A DNA stretch of 64,000 nucleotides from Balanoglossus misakiensis. Its lineage: Eukaryota; Animalia; Hemichordata. Each line of letters begins with the position of its first letter. Within the stretch, counting starts at the first letter, position 1. Positions 62,801-64,000 of this stretch are shown in pieces. A program made the position numbers and the translations under genes. The DNA is taken from contig CM082598.2 in assembly GCA_040954595.2 (NCBI GenBank), positions 5,967,097 to 6,031,096 of the forward strand. Direction: 5' to 3'. The notes below the pieces were generated by a model. That model was not told the origin of the DNA. It made no database searches and worked only from the letters and a program-made list of their open reading frames with translations.

Positions 62801-64000
62801 CAGGGATTAATGTTCAGGAAACCTTACCAGCTCTAGTACAATTTTTTGAGCCAGAAATTGAATTACCCCCCCCCCCCCCCCCCCCAAAGAAAAAAAAAAA
62901 AATCAGTAATTTCATAAAGACATAGTCAGAAAAGAAATAGAGAAAGCCAGCAAGGAAGGGAGAAAAGTGGAATACATGAAAGGCACAGTTTGCTTAAAAT
63001 ACGTGTGTTTGCAGTAAAACTGTTTGGTGCAACGGCGTCCATTTTTATGATTTATAGCCAGCCAGTCTTTCCATGCATATCATACCAAAATTTAATATGA
63101 AATTCTTGTTAATGTTAATAGTCTACAAGGATAATACAGGTAACATGTAGAAATTAAACTATCCAACTTTCTCCACTTTTGATATCTGCTCGACACAGGC
63201 AAGCAAAAGGGCCGATCTGTGACTTTGACTTGAATGATGGCAATTTTTGCTGTCCAGAAGTAACTGTATAAAATTTTTTTGGTAGTAATATCATCTATAT
63301 GATTGCTAAAATACACAAGAATTTAAATATTTCCACTTACTACAGTGATTGAACTGATTTTCAGCAAATTGCAGTGTATAAACAAATATTGCCATCTAAT
63401 GAAATGTCAACCCAATATGGCCGCCCATTTGCAATGGTAAAATGCTAGGTTTACCATATTTGAGCACCTGGGAATTAAATTATAATCCAGATATCAAAAA
63501 CATAAGTCACTATCTGTATCTGCAAATATATTGTAATATAATCTGAAATTTTCGTGAAAATTAGATCAAACATGATTCAGACACGGAACATCAAACATTG
63601 CAAATTTTCATATTTTACCATGGTGCCATGCAAAAATATAGAGATTTTTTTTTACAAGTTTAGATGATCTCCTGTAAAACTGAAAGAAGTAATCTTCTGT
63701 GAATCTTGCATTTTTATGTTGGAACCATGCTAACCACTTTGGTCCCTCCAATGCTGCTTTTAGTAAATGTTTTAATTGTCTTCTTCATGGCGGCCATATT
63801 GAATTTTCGGATAACCTTTAAAAGTTGACATTTTTTTCTAAAACTACAGGGCCAATCAAGTTCTAATTTACTGTGCGGTTCAATGTTTGACAATAATGTC
63901 ATTAGTGGTCATGTGGCTTTGGATTTTTGAAAAATATCATAAAAAAATTTCAAAAATCTATTTCTAATCAAGTTTTCAAGTAAATTGTGATTAGGTAAAC
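56805..64000 (+). repeat. Hierarchical tandem repeat: about 5.6-kb macro-unit containing about 960/805-bp monomers in 1765-bp dimers
   Basis: Marker (g)ttggaaccatgct at 58116, 59076, 59881, 60841, 61648, 62282 and 63718; identical ORFs at 58951/60716 and 58964/60729 (offset 1765); about 56810-58400 repeats at about 62385-64000. Confidence 0.92.

Overview
AT-rich, intron-rich animal genomic DNA, most likely a marine invertebrate deuterostome (hemichordate-like; inferred from repeat families and gene content). Main contents: (1) 1-5.3 kb: a degenerate minus-strand Gypsy LTR element whose 3' end is cut by a probable DNA transposon that carries a divergent NRF1/EWG-type DNA-binding-domain exon; (2) 5.5-14.8 kb: nine in-phase exons of an apparently intact DAPK-like ankyrin-ROC-COR-death-domain (ROCO) gene whose 5' end is not seen; (3) 17-49 kb: decayed ELAC2/RNase Z-like exons followed by a long unprocessed MED25 pseudogene, in which one ACID-domain splice acceptor has been amplified into a 10 x 122-bp tandem array; (4) inserted in that pseudogene: an Academ-like element with a triplicated end, a P-like MITE, a Helentron-like element and a 4.0-kb piggyBac with TTAA TSDs and an apparently intact spliced transposase; (5) 56.8-64 kb: a hierarchical tandem repeat (about 0.8/0.96-kb monomers, 1.77-kb dimers, about 5.6-kb macro-unit). 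No tRNA, rRNA or CRISPR array was recognised. Homology calls come from motif recognition by eye, not database searches.
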